Part shown: positions 27,849 through 37,403 of the stretch, piece by piece | Numbering within the stretch: position 1 is the stretch's first letter | Layout of the letters: every line of letters starts with the position of its first letter | Source: an uncultured archaeon | GTDB taxonomy: Archaea > Aenigmatarchaeota > Aenigmatarchaeia > Aenigmatarchaeales > DAIDAN01 | Direction of reading: 5' to 3' | Assembly (NCBI GenBank): GCA_964545795.1 | Contig: CAZJGC010000001.1 | Coordinates: forward strand, 72,585 to 135,733 | DNA: 63,149 nt | Position numbers and translations under genes: made by a program | Notes under the pieces: generated by a model | Told to the model about the DNA's origin: nothing | The model's input: only the letters and a program-made list of their open reading frames with translations | The model's database searches: none

Positions 27849-28532
27849 ATGAAACCATTTTTAGAAAGAATAAAAACAGGCATTTACGGCCTGGATAAAT
27901 TAATAGAAGGCGGTTTAATAAAAGGTTCAACCACGCTTATTTCTGGAAGCGCTGGAACAGGAAAAACAATTTTTTGCTCGCAATTTATATGGGAAGGGCT
28001 TAAGAACAATGAAAAATGCCTTTTCATAAGTTTTGAAGAATCTCCTGAAGATATACAACTTGACGCCCTTGTCATGGGCTGGGATTTTAAGCCCTATATA
28101 AAAAACAAACAACTTATCCTTGACTATCGCGACCCTTTTAACGTTACTAACATAACAGCAGACCTTTTTGAAGAAATAAGAGAGAACCAAATTAAAAGGG
28201 TTGCTATTGATTCAACATCTACTTTATCCCTTTATTTCAAGACATCCTCCGAAATAAGGAGAGAATTATTTAAAGTTATTACGGCATTGAAAAGGTCTGG
28301 AGCTACATCACTGCTTACCACAGAAATAACCGATACAAACAAATTGTCAAGGTTCGGGGTTGAAGAATTTATAGTAGACGGAGTTATTGTATTAAATTAC
28401 CTGAAATATTCCAGAGGCGCAGGCTCTCCGCGTTCTCTGGAAATTAAAAAAATGAGAAGAACAAACCATGGCAAAGAAACCTATGCATTTGAGATTACAA
28501 ACAAAGGAATTGTTGTAAAAAATCAAAGTTAA
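27849..28532 (+). CDS. KaiC-like/RecA-superfamily ATPase
   Basis: Contains GLDKLIEGGLIKGSTTLISGSAGTGKT (Walker A) and Walker B VAIDS. Single KaiC domain length. Confidence 0.8.
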   Translation: MKPFLERIKTGIYGLDKLIEGGLIKGSTTLISGSAGTGKTIFCSQFIWEGLKNNEKCLFISFEESPEDIQLDALVMGWDFKPYIKNKQLILDYRDPFNVTNITADLFEEIRENQIKRVAIDSTSTLSLYFKTSSEIRRELFKVITALKRSGATSLLTTEITDTNKLSRFGVEEFIVDGVIVLNYLKYSRGAGSPRSLEIKKMRRTNHGKETYAFEITNKGIVVKNQS

Positions 28533-28647
28533 AGATGTCTATCATCTCTGCGAAGGAGGTAAGAAAATTTGTTAGAAAAAATCTTAATACTTTTAATTTA
28601 TTTTTTAATTCTATGTTAGGCAAGAGTATAGTCTAAATCTGGTGTTT

Positions 28648-29109
28648 ATGTCAAGGATTATTGGATATTCAGACAAAACAAATAATTGCATATCATTAGA
28701 AACATTTAAAGAGAAAGATAAAGATGTAATTGCAAATCTCATAAAAACAATATACAAGAAAATGGGTGACAACAGAGAAATTACAGGCGATAGTTATTTA
28801 GAATATATCAGAAAAAATAACTTAAAAACAGTTCTATTCAAATATAATAAAAGGATAATAGGTTATGGAGAGTGCAAAATTGAAAATAAGAAGTTAATCT
28901 TCAGGGGGGTTGTAGCAGAGAAGAAGTTCAAAAGAAGTGAAATATTTGAGAATGTTTTTAATCTTCTGATAAAATATTTCCAAAAATTAAAGATAAATAA
29001 AGTTTCTGTGCCGGAAACCTGCATTACGGCAACAAGGGATTTTTCCTTGGAAAAAGATATTTTAGAATTAAAGAAGCACCTTAAAATAATTTTCAATGCT
29101 GTCGGATGA
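28648..29109 (+). CDS. Hypothetical protein, possibly GNAT-like acetyltransferase
   Basis: The size and the RGVVAEKKFKRSEIFENVFNLL segment are loosely GNAT motif A-like. Weak call. Confidence 0.3.
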   Translation: MSRIIGYSDKTNNCISLETFKEKDKDVIANLIKTIYKKMGDNREITGDSYLEYIRKNNLKTVLFKYNKRIIGYGECKIENKKLIFRGVVAEKKFKRSEIFENVFNLLIKYFQKLKINKVSVPETCITATRDFSLEKDILELKKHLKIIFNAVG

Positions 29110-29246
29110 TTATGAAGGTAAAAAAACTTGATAAAAAGTATTTGATGTCATTGAGAAACTATTTGAAGAAAGTTCAAAATTTATAAATCGGGTAAAAACA
29201 GGTTGCTTAACATGAAGCAGCATACAAAGATATAAAGTTTATAAAT

Positions 29247-29549
29247 ATGCTAAATGTAGTTAATTATAAGGTGAAAAAAATGAGATATGAAAGCATAAGC
29301 AAAAAGCTAGAAACTGACATGTGCCTTCGTAGAAAACTTTTTTGTCCGACCGCTTCAGAAATGGGAGAAATTTTGGGAGCTGTGTATGAGAATAGAGAAA
29401 TGAAATATTCGGATATAGCCACAGCAATAAAAATAGACAAGAATAGAATTGAAGAAAATATAGATGAATTAAAAAAACACGGCTATTTGACAGAGATAAA
29501 TGGCGTATACAGCATAACCGATAAAGCAAGAAAATTCATTGAGTCTTAG
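29247..29549 (+). CDS. Small winged-helix DNA-binding protein
   Basis: MKYSDIATAIKIDKNRIEENIDELKKHGYLTEINGVYSIT looks like HTH plus wing. Confidence 0.5.
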   Translation: MLNVVNYKVKKMRYESISKKLETDMCLRRKLFCPTASEMGEILGAVYENREMKYSDIATAIKIDKNRIEENIDELKKHGYLTEINGVYSITDKARKFIES

Positions 29550-29596
29550 TTTTTTCTTTTGTTTTTTATTTTTAAATAAACATAGGAGATAATGGC

Positions 29597-30115
29597 ATGA
29601 CTGAAATTATTTTTAAGATGCAAGTAAAAAACAAATCATATATAAACAAAATAATTCTGGATGCATTAAAGTCTTTTAATATAGAAGTAAAAATAAAAAC
29701 AGTAATAATAAAAAAAGACAATAGGCTTTGCGATGATATAGAAGTGGATTATTCTACATTAAAATCAGGAAAGATAACAATTTTGTTTGGACAGAATAAC
29801 AAAATTACAAGAAAATCCATTTTTCATGAAATAGGTCATGTGTGGGATGCAGTAGAGAACGGTCTTGACTTTTCTGATGATAAAAAGTTTTCTAAAAGAC
29901 AACAAGTCATTGGGGGCATAATAATAAATTTGTCTTTGGATGGCAGGCTTGAAAAAATGAAATTGCCGCATTACACAAGGAGAGAAAGACTTAAATTTTT
30001 TAACTATGCGAATAAAAAGTTTAATCTTGGCTTGAATAAAAATGATTTTTTGAAAATATGGGGGGCAAATCTAAAGAAAAAGGATATAATAAACATGATA
30101 AAAAAATATAAGTGA
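29597..30115 (+). CDS. HExxH zinc-metallopeptidase-like protein
   Basis: Contains the HEIGHVWD motif. Overlaps the radical SAM start by 4 bp. Confidence 0.45.
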   Translation: MTEIIFKMQVKNKSYINKIILDALKSFNIEVKIKTVIIKKDNRLCDDIEVDYSTLKSGKITILFGQNNKITRKSIFHEIGHVWDAVENGLDFSDDKKFSKRQQVIGGIIINLSLDGRLEKMKLPHYTRRERLKFFNYANKKFNLGLNKNDFLKIWGANLKKKDIINMIKKYK

Positions 30116-30942
30116 ATATAATGAAAAAACCTTACATGGCGACATGGGAAATTACGAAAAAATGCAATCTCAATTGCATTCACTGTTATAACAATTCTTC
30201 TATACATAATTTTTACGGGTTGAAAACTAATGATTGTTATAAAATCATAGACCGAATGGAAGGGATAAAAAATCTTATAATCACAGGCGGCGAACCGCTA
30301 TTGAGAAAGGATATATTCAATATTACCTCTTATGCTAGAGAAAAATTTGAAACTCTTATACTTCAAACAAATGGCAAGTCTATAAGGAATTTTGACAATA
30401 AGTTTTTGCAGATGTTTGACGAAATAGACATAAGTGTTTATGGCGATACAAGGACAGATAAAAAAGTCAAACAAACAAATGATACTTACTTGAAGGAGTT
30501 TCTTGAAAAAGTAAAAAAGGCTAATACAGAATTTGTGATGGCTACGGTTTTATTAAGTCTAAATAAAAATCAGATGGATTATCTTGCCAATTTTGCGATA
30601 AATAATGGAGCAAAGGAGTTAAGGATACAAGACTTTATAATGATTGGCAGAGGGTCAAAAGATTTGTCTGTTAGTGAAGACGAGTCTGTAAAAATAAAAA
30701 GTGTACTTAAAGAAAAATATGGTGATTTTGTAACAATTTTGTCGGATTACGAATGTGGTGGAGGAGATAAATTTATCGAGATAGACTGTAAAGGCAATGT
30801 TTCGCCATGCGCATTTATTGAATCAGATGAAAACATATTAGAAAAGGACTTACGGGAAATAATTAATGAATCTGTTATTTTCAGACGGTTTGAAGAAACC
30901 AAAAATATGACAAAAACACAGGCAAAGTGTCAATTGCTTTAA
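30112..30942 (+). CDS. Radical SAM enzyme with C-terminal SPASM/twitch-like Cys motif
   Basis: Contains the CNLNCIHC (CxxxCxxC) cluster, ITGGEPLL, and C-terminal CGGGDKFIEIDCKGNVSPC. Confidence 0.75.
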   Translation: MNIMKKPYMATWEITKKCNLNCIHCYNNSSIHNFYGLKTNDCYKIIDRMEGIKNLIITGGEPLLRKDIFNITSYAREKFETLILQTNGKSIRNFDNKFLQMFDEIDISVYGDTRTDKKVKQTNDTYLKEFLEKVKKANTEFVMATVLLSLNKNQMDYLANFAINNGAKELRIQDFIMIGRGSKDLSVSEDESVKIKSVLKEKYGDFVTILSDYECGGGDKFIEIDCKGNVSPCAFIESDENILEKDLREIINESVIFRRFEETKNMTKTQAKCQLL

Positions 30943-30952
30943 AAAATAAGAT

Positions 30953-31753
30953 ATGCTAATTTCTCCATCTTACCGTCAGCGGAAAACTCTTTTGAAAACC
31001 AACACCACACTATTTATTGCCTCTAATCTAACTTTAGTTATGAAAATACTCTTAATTCCAAAAGAAAGTTTCAATAAAGATTCAATTAATACAATAAGCA
31101 AACTCACAAATATTGCTGAGAACATCCTGTTTGATTGGCATATTCCCCCGGCCAAAGAAATTGAATTTTACAACGACCTTGCTCTATTTATTCAAAGGGT
31201 GACACCGCAGGTTCAGAAATATGGATTAACAAAAAATCAGGCTGTTGAGTTTATCAAAACATCTCTTAATTGCGGGACTTATGGAACCTTTGATATTTCT
31301 AAAAACGCAATAATAGAAATGAATTTCAATCCTTATTATAAACTTTTTTATCCAGCCATTCAATTTTTAAAACTGATTATACACGAATCTTTGCACCTCT
31401 TTCTTTATTCCAGGATAGACAAAAATATCTATGATTATAAATTCAGGTTTTTGCATGGCAAGTATGTGGGAAAGGAGAAGATTGTTCAATTAGATGAAGG
31501 ATTTGCAGAATTTATGACAGAAAAGATTTTAGAAAAATTCAATTTTGAACCTATCAGGAAACTCCCTATATATTCAAAATTAAATAAAGTCCCGACATTT
31601 AAGAATATAGTTGAAAATCTGAATATTAAGGAATTTAATAAAAAATTTGACAATCTTTATAATAAAAATAAAGAAAAAGGGATTAAAATAATTAAAGAAA
31701 AGTTTATGAATATGGATGGAAATAATTGCGAAAAAATAAAGAAATTAGTGTAA
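30953..31753 (+). CDS. HExxH...E (gluzincin-like) protein, unknown function
   Basis: Contains IHESLHLF followed by DEGFAEF about 35 residues downstream. The real start may be the internal MKILLIPKE. Confidence 0.45.
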   Translation: MLISPSYRQRKTLLKTNTTLFIASNLTLVMKILLIPKESFNKDSINTISKLTNIAENILFDWHIPPAKEIEFYNDLALFIQRVTPQVQKYGLTKNQAVEFIKTSLNCGTYGTFDISKNAIIEMNFNPYYKLFYPAIQFLKLIIHESLHLFLYSRIDKNIYDYKFRFLHGKYVGKEKIVQLDEGFAEFMTEKILEKFNFEPIRKLPIYSKLNKVPTFKNIVENLNIKEFNKKFDNLYNKNKEKGIKIIKEKFMNMDGNNCEKIKKLV

Positions 31754-31824
31754 TTTATTCAGAATGAGTTTGACCAAATATTTCATTGATAAACATAAAA
31801 GAAATATCTCTTATGAAGACATCA

Positions 31825-32295
31825 TTAGTTCCTAACTTTTTTCATTTCTATCAATTTCTTTATCTTATTTGCCTTTTCAATCCTTCCCAATTTTTTATAT
31901 GTTTTATATTCCTCCTCCAGAGGAATGACAGGAAGTTCTATACCTTCAAACTCTATAAACCTTCTTTTTGACAAATCATTTGTCACTACCCATTTATTTT
32001 TTATTCTGTTTTGTAAATTTTCCATCACTTCTATTTTTACGTTATCTATTTCAAAAATACCAAAATTAGATTTGAACTGTTTTGTCTCTCTAAACATGAT
32101 AGAAGCCTTTTCAAATTTCTTCAAAAATTTCCCAATAGCATAAACACCTTTTCTGTCTGTGAGAATATCAATATCATGCGGTTTGATATCAACTCCTTGT
32201 ATAGCAAGGTTTGTACTTCCAACAAGTGCCCAATTTATGTCTTTTAATTTTTTTACCAAATATTCAAGAACTTTTTTTGTTTTTTCATCTATCAT
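31825..32295 (-). CDS. Nucleotidyltransferase-fold protein (small, Lnu/MNT-like)
   Basis: Contains ALVGSTNLAIQGVDIKPHDIDILTD (the GS...DxD pattern). Confidence 0.6.
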   Translation of the reverse strand: MIDEKTKKVLEYLVKKLKDINWALVGSTNLAIQGVDIKPHDIDILTDRKGVYAIGKFLKKFEKASIMFRETKQFKSNFGIFEIDNVKIEVMENLQNRIKNKWVVTNDLSKRRFIEFEGIELPVIPLEEEYKTYKKLGRIEKANKIKKLIEMKKVRN

Positions 32296-32630
32296 AAGAT
32301 TCCCAAATTTTTCGTTTCTTCAACAATTCTTACAAATTTTCTTTTTCTTATAACAGGTTCGCCACCGGTCCATCGGACTCTTTTAATGCCGCATTCACTA
32401 GCGGCTTTTATAACTTCTAATAATTCTTCATCACTTAATACATTTTTGTTAGAAGTTTTATCCCTTCTACAATAAATACATCTCAAATTACAACCTGGTG
32501 TAGAAACTCTTAACACATAATCTGTATCGATATCATCTCTCTCTTTATTTTTATATGCTATTTCTTCAACTCCTGTTGGATAGACCGTTAATGCAGATGG
32601 TTTTTCATATTTCTCAAACATATAACTCAC
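32292..32630 (-). pseudogene. Radical SAM N-terminal fragment (MoaA-like CxxxCxxC), only 112 aa, truncated
   Basis: Contains CNLRCIYC and WTGGEPVI, but the ORF ends right after the first beta-alpha units. It overlaps the NTase start by 4 bp. Confidence 0.5.
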
Positions 32631-33145
32631 CTATGTTTATTCTTCATTCACAGAAATAAATAGATTTCTGTTTGTTTTTTGCCGTGTCTTGATTTCAAAG
32701 CAATTTCTTATAAAACTCTCAAATTTCCCTTTCCACAAAGGTTTTATTTTCGCATACAACTGTTTATGTTGCGGATACAAATTATGCTTGTATTTGAACC
32801 CCTTTATTTTGATGGAACTAGGCACAAAATCAAAGATGGAAAATCATTTTTTATATATCTTAAATCTCTTTCAAAATCAAAGAAAAATTTTAGTATAGGC
32901 ATTTATTGTATTGGTTCTTGTCAATATTTAAAAATTTATACAACAACTAACATGTCCAAAAATTCCTTCAGATCCATAAATCAAATAAAGAGGTTTTCTT
33001 ACTTACTCTTTAGAAACAGGCTATAATTATAAGACTGAATATCCCTGTTTTATGTTTAATAATAATAGATTCCCCAGCACTATAAATAATTAATTCTATC
33101 TCTTGAAATTACAAAAATGGGTTTTGTCAGGCTATTTGATAACAT

Positions 33146-34132
33146 TTATTTTTTCCCTCTACTGGCCAAGTGGTAATTTAGCAATAAAACTAATCCATCC
33201 AAATATGCATTGACGTCAACTGATTTTATTTTTGGAGCCATATCTTTAATAGACTTATAATATGCTTTCCATTCATTCAAAAAATATTCTTCTACTTTGG
33301 ATTCCTTAATCTTATTAACAATCAGATCTTTTATGTCTCTGGTGTATTTACATTGCTCTAATTCATTCAACTTAATTATATTGTTAGTTAACGAAAAACT
33401 AAAAATACCAGAACTAAAGTCATTATCATTTATCTCTCTCTCCCATGTACTTACCCAGTTACCTATTCTTGCCATTTGTTGGGCTCTCCATACAACCTCT
33501 CTGATATATGGCAATTCATCTTTATCTAACTCCGGAGAAAATAACATATCTACATCGGCAAACAAGAAAAAGATCATATTATGAGAAGTGTATATCTTAG
33601 ATTCAGTCAAATTAATAAGATTTATATTTTTATTTATCAAGAGCGAGTAATAAAAAGAATTTAAAGTCTGTTTTATATCAAACATAAACATGTCTTTAAA
33701 ATCTTTCCATCTTGGTGACTTGCTCGCTTCCTCCAGTATTTTATTCCATACTTCTACTATTAAATATAAATATCTTTTATTATAACTACGATCAATAACC
33801 TGAAAGTTTTCAAATCTGTTTTTTGAAGGTATTTTCAATGCAATATCAAGAAGATTTTCATCTTGATATTTATCAGCTATGTCATCTATTAAAACATCAA
33901 GAACACACAATAAAAATTTTAATTTTCCTACATCTATAGTATTATCCTTTGGTACAGATGAAAACATAAACCCTGGATTTCTTGACACTGACAATCTCCA
34001 TATCCATTTCCACAAGAATTCATCTCTTTTACCACCAACTTTTTTATATTTTTCTATAATCTTTTGTAGATTATCAGGAATTTCAACCTTTAATACTTCC
34101 TCTATTAAAGCATCAAAATTCTTATCATTCAT
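33146..34132 (-). CDS. Class I terpene synthase-like (isoprenoid synthase fold) protein
   Basis: DDIAD (DDxxD; nt 33872-33886) and NWVSTWERE (NSE/DTE-like N..T...E) lie 142 residues apart. Size about 330 aa. Start placed at MNDKNF. Confidence 0.5.
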   Translation of the reverse strand: MNDKNFDALIEEVLKVEIPDNLQKIIEKYKKVGGKRDEFLWKWIWRLSVSRNPGFMFSSVPKDNTIDVGKLKFLLCVLDVLIDDIADKYQDENLLDIALKIPSKNRFENFQVIDRSYNKRYLYLIVEVWNKILEEASKSPRWKDFKDMFMFDIKQTLNSFYYSLLINKNINLINLTESKIYTSHNMIFFLFADVDMLFSPELDKDELPYIREVVWRAQQMARIGNWVSTWEREINDNDFSSGIFSFSLTNNIIKLNELEQCKYTRDIKDLIVNKIKESKVEEYFLNEWKAYYKSIKDMAPKIKSVDVNAYLDGLVLLLNYHLASRGKK

Positions 34133-34133
34133 T

Positions 34134-35420
34134 TTATTCACCCCTAATAGAAAATATATTAATGGAATACACTCCGGTAACAATATCTTTGTTTGGCTCT
34201 TTCAAATATTGATTTAAAGGATAAACAGCAAGATAAGGAATATCTCCAATATATTTATCAAATTTATTTTTTATTAAAAATGACTTATCAGCCAAAAGAT
34301 TTAGTCTTATACCAGAAGAATACAAAAAGACAAAAGGATATATTTTTGTATCAAAACCCTCAAAAACATCATCAATAGAAGATATAACTTCATTTCCTGT
34401 TACAGACAATAATATTGCTTTCCTGCCTTTTGCCTTATAACCTAATAAAAGATTATCACCCAATATAGCTCCAACACCTGTTGTATATTCTTTATTTTCC
34501 TCAAATCCTATTGGAAAATAGTCGGAAGTTTTATAATAGAATGCTTCAAGATTTTTGAAATTATCCTCTGATAATCTTAAGACCTTTTTAAAAAAATAAT
34601 CTTTTGCTGGTTGGTTTTCTATCTTGGTTATAATCCTGTTTTCATAAACAGTTTCCGTTATTTTAAATTTTTTGTTAGTCGGATATGCTCCAACTGTGCC
34701 GTTTAAGAATATATCCTTATCTATAAAACATCCGACTGCAACAACAGAATTTATATAAACTTCATTATTAAGAAACTGAAAGTTTGATTTACACTTAAAT
34801 TCATCAATAGTAGAACCGCCTAAAATATAATAGTCAGGAAACAGTTTTGAAATATATTCTATAATATCTTCTTCCTTTCCTACGCCTGTGCCTAACTTTG
34901 CAGCAAGTTTCATTCCTGTCTTTGAAAGAAACATACCTAATTTTTTTGACTTAACGTTATTTACAATACCTATACCTGGAACTTTGGGCATAACTGCCCC
35001 AGAAATAAAAGTTATCAAAAACTTATTTTTCCATTTCATTTGTTTTTCTTTAATCTGTCTTTTTATCATCTCCGCACATTCTTCCGCAGCTTTTTTAGGA
35101 TTTTGTTTTGTGTTATGGCCTATGCCGACAGCAACTTCCATATTCGGGTAGTCTATAGCCAAAGCGGCAACACCTCTTGTAAAACAGCCGTCTGGCGACA
35201 TAAAACCTGCAACTGTTCCGCCAATAAGAGGCGATTCAGGAAATGCGCCTTTGATACATTCAAGAATTTTTTTAAACTCGGATTTGTAGTGGATTGTGGC
35301 AAATAACAAAATAAATTTTGGGTTGGGTGCTTTATTCCTTATTTTACTTACAATTTCTTTGCCAACCCTTTCACCATCCCATTCTCTGCTAACTGCAACG
35401 CTTGCCTTAAAATCTTTCAC
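34134..35420 (-). CDS. FIST-domain sensor protein
   Basis: PKFILLFATIHY...PLIGGTVAGF is an N-terminal FIST pattern. The length fits FIST_N plus FIST_C. Confidence 0.7.
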   Translation of the reverse strand: MKDFKASVAVSREWDGERVGKEIVSKIRNKAPNPKFILLFATIHYKSEFKKILECIKGAFPESPLIGGTVAGFMSPDGCFTRGVAALAIDYPNMEVAVGIGHNTKQNPKKAAEECAEMIKRQIKEKQMKWKNKFLITFISGAVMPKVPGIGIVNNVKSKKLGMFLSKTGMKLAAKLGTGVGKEEDIIEYISKLFPDYYILGGSTIDEFKCKSNFQFLNNEVYINSVVAVGCFIDKDIFLNGTVGAYPTNKKFKITETVYENRIITKIENQPAKDYFFKKVLRLSEDNFKNLEAFYYKTSDYFPIGFEENKEYTTGVGAILGDNLLLGYKAKGRKAILLSVTGNEVISSIDDVFEGFDTKIYPFVFLYSSGIRLNLLADKSFLIKNKFDKYIGDIPYLAVYPLNQYLKEPNKDIVTGVYSINIFSIRGE

Positions 35421-35779
35421 GCCTCTATCAACTCTTTTATTTTTCTTCTTGTGTTTTCTATCTCAACTTCAAGCAATCCCTTATTTGCAAGAGCCGGAAT
35501 TACAGTAATCAAATAAGCGCCGGGCGTTATTAACTTAAGGATAATATTATATTCACCCAATTCAAAATCAATTCTGCTTAGACCATACTCATAAAAAATT
35601 TCTGCAATTTCAAAAAATCTGTCAAGAGTATCTGATATAAGCTTCCATAAACCCAAATCTTTCAGTTTTACTCCTTTGCTGGGCGTAAGCGTTCCTATCT
35701 GCCTGCCTGAAACCAAACATGCCAACACATCCTCTAATTTAAGCATATCTTCCAATTTTTGTATAATTTCTTTTTTCAC
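35417..35779 (-). CDS. Roadblock/LC7 (MglB-like) domain protein
   Basis: 120 aa with ...VLACLVSGRQIGTL...ITVIPALANKGLLEVEI.... Overlaps the FIST gene by 4 bp. Confidence 0.55.
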   Translation of the reverse strand: MKKEIIQKLEDMLKLEDVLACLVSGRQIGTLTPSKGVKLKDLGLWKLISDTLDRFFEIAEIFYEYGLSRIDFELGEYNIILKLITPGAYLITVIPALANKGLLEVEIENTRRKIKELIEA

Positions 35780-35971
35780 GCTCTCACCTTATGGAAAAAC
35801 AATGCATAAAGAAACAGACGCCATTGCCAAAACTTTTAACTGCTAAGCCCTTTCTGCTGCTTGCTTGCATATTTTTTATTTATTTTCCTCTAATAAATAG
35901 TTTATGGCAGAGAAACAAAACATAAACCAATAAAATAAACAAAAAATTATAAACATTTGTTTTTCGCAGAG

Positions 35972-36454
35972 CTAAATGTAAATAAGTTCCGGCGCTGAAG
36001 GCGCAGAAAATCTATGATGCCCTACGCCAACCTCAACTACATCATCAGGATATCCTGCAAATATCTGATTCATCTGAATATCCATATACTCCTGAACATA
36101 ATTCTGCATATTTAGCCCGTATTCTTTTTTAACTTCATTCTCCAGCACATGTTTTATTTCATTATATAAATTCAGAATTCCAGATTCCATGCCCTCGCTA
36201 TCTCCATACTCTGACAATGTTGGTTTCTTTCCTGTAATAAGCTCAAAATCTGTTATTCCTGCATATGGCGTAAATAAATCTTTTGCTGTCTTATCTATAG
36301 CGGAAAGCGCCATTCTTTTTCCTGCCTCACCGCCTTTTTTTATTGCCTCTCTTATCTTCATAAGACTATATACATCTGCCTTTATATCTTCTCTAAGTCT
36401 CAACATATCATAATGCATCAGTTTTGAAACAACCCTATCGTAAGCAGACATCAT
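35972..36454 (-). CDS. Hypothetical protein
   Basis: ORF with good length and same strand as its neighbours. No motif recognised. Confidence 0.4.
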   Translation of the reverse strand: MMSAYDRVVSKLMHYDMLRLREDIKADVYSLMKIREAIKKGGEAGKRMALSAIDKTAKDLFTPYAGITDFELITGKKPTLSEYGDSEGMESGILNLYNEIKHVLENEVKKEYGLNMQNYVQEYMDIQMNQIFAGYPDDVVEVGVGHHRFSAPSAPELIYI

Positions 36455-36471
36455 ATTTTATCACCTATTAT

Positions 36472-37068
36472 TTATGATGTTTTTCTATGCGACAAACCTA
36501 CGTTTTTATTTCTATACGGCATTATACTCGTTGCAGAACCTTCTATCTCAAACTGTATCATATTTATATAATCCCTAAACTTTCTATCCAGATCATCTAA
36601 CTTATCTTCCAGTTCTTTTTGGTATACTTTTTTGCATCTCTCTCTCATTAATGGATCTCTAATGCCACTTATCTTTTCTTCATACTCTTTAAATAACAGG
36701 TCTTCAAACTTGTCTTTTATCTGCTGGATAAGTCCTGTCCCATCTTCATATGTCACTGTCTCCAAGCCGTTTGACGTATACACTCTTTCGCGTCTTTTTC
36801 TGCTAGTCAGCAAATGCTCTTTATATTTAATAAGTTCTTTTTCTGCATCAGTTTCTTCATCAATACAATTTCTTTGTTTTTCTTCCTCAATTTTCGCCTT
36901 AAATTTTTCTATATTCTTTAGGAATGTGCGGGCAAGGCCATAGCGGTCAAAAAACGCGTCTATGCGCTTGCTGTCAAGTATCACGTCATACCCTTTCAAT
37001 TCACCATTCTCTCCGATTCTGTTAAATATTGTCACTATCTCATATGGATTTGTGAGCATTTTTATCAC
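36472..37068 (-). CDS. Hypothetical protein with charged coiled-coil-like middle
   Basis: ORF only. The central region is rich in E/K/R. Confidence 0.4.
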   Translation of the reverse strand: MIKMLTNPYEIVTIFNRIGENGELKGYDVILDSKRIDAFFDRYGLARTFLKNIEKFKAKIEEEKQRNCIDEETDAEKELIKYKEHLLTSRKRRERVYTSNGLETVTYEDGTGLIQQIKDKFEDLLFKEYEEKISGIRDPLMRERCKKVYQKELEDKLDDLDRKFRDYINMIQFEIEGSATSIMPYRNKNVGLSHRKTS

Positions 37069-37403
37069 CTTTTACTTTTTTAACAAAAAAATAACAACAA
37101 TTGTATGCATATAACCAATGAATAAAACGCAAGAATATAGGTCATCTACAATTGTAGAATCATCCCAAATTAACATACTGTAAAAATAAATTTAATTTTA
37201 GGCAGACACATCTTCCAACAACTAACAAGAGAAGAAGAATTCAAATCAGCATAAGTTGTTGGATTATTCATACAATTTAATTGAAACAACATATATAAAT
37301 ATATTACGGTTGAGTAGTATTTTACTAATAAAAATCTTATAATAGCGTTAAATAACAATTTTTGAAGAATTTTCTTTATATGTTATAAAACCAAAATATT
37401 CTT

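Noticed and set aside
32637-33145. Track ORFs 32637-32825, 32679-33026 and 32689-32898
   Set aside because: They overlap one another, are low-complexity and lack motifs. The region is better described as an ORF-free gap next to the truncated radical SAM gene.
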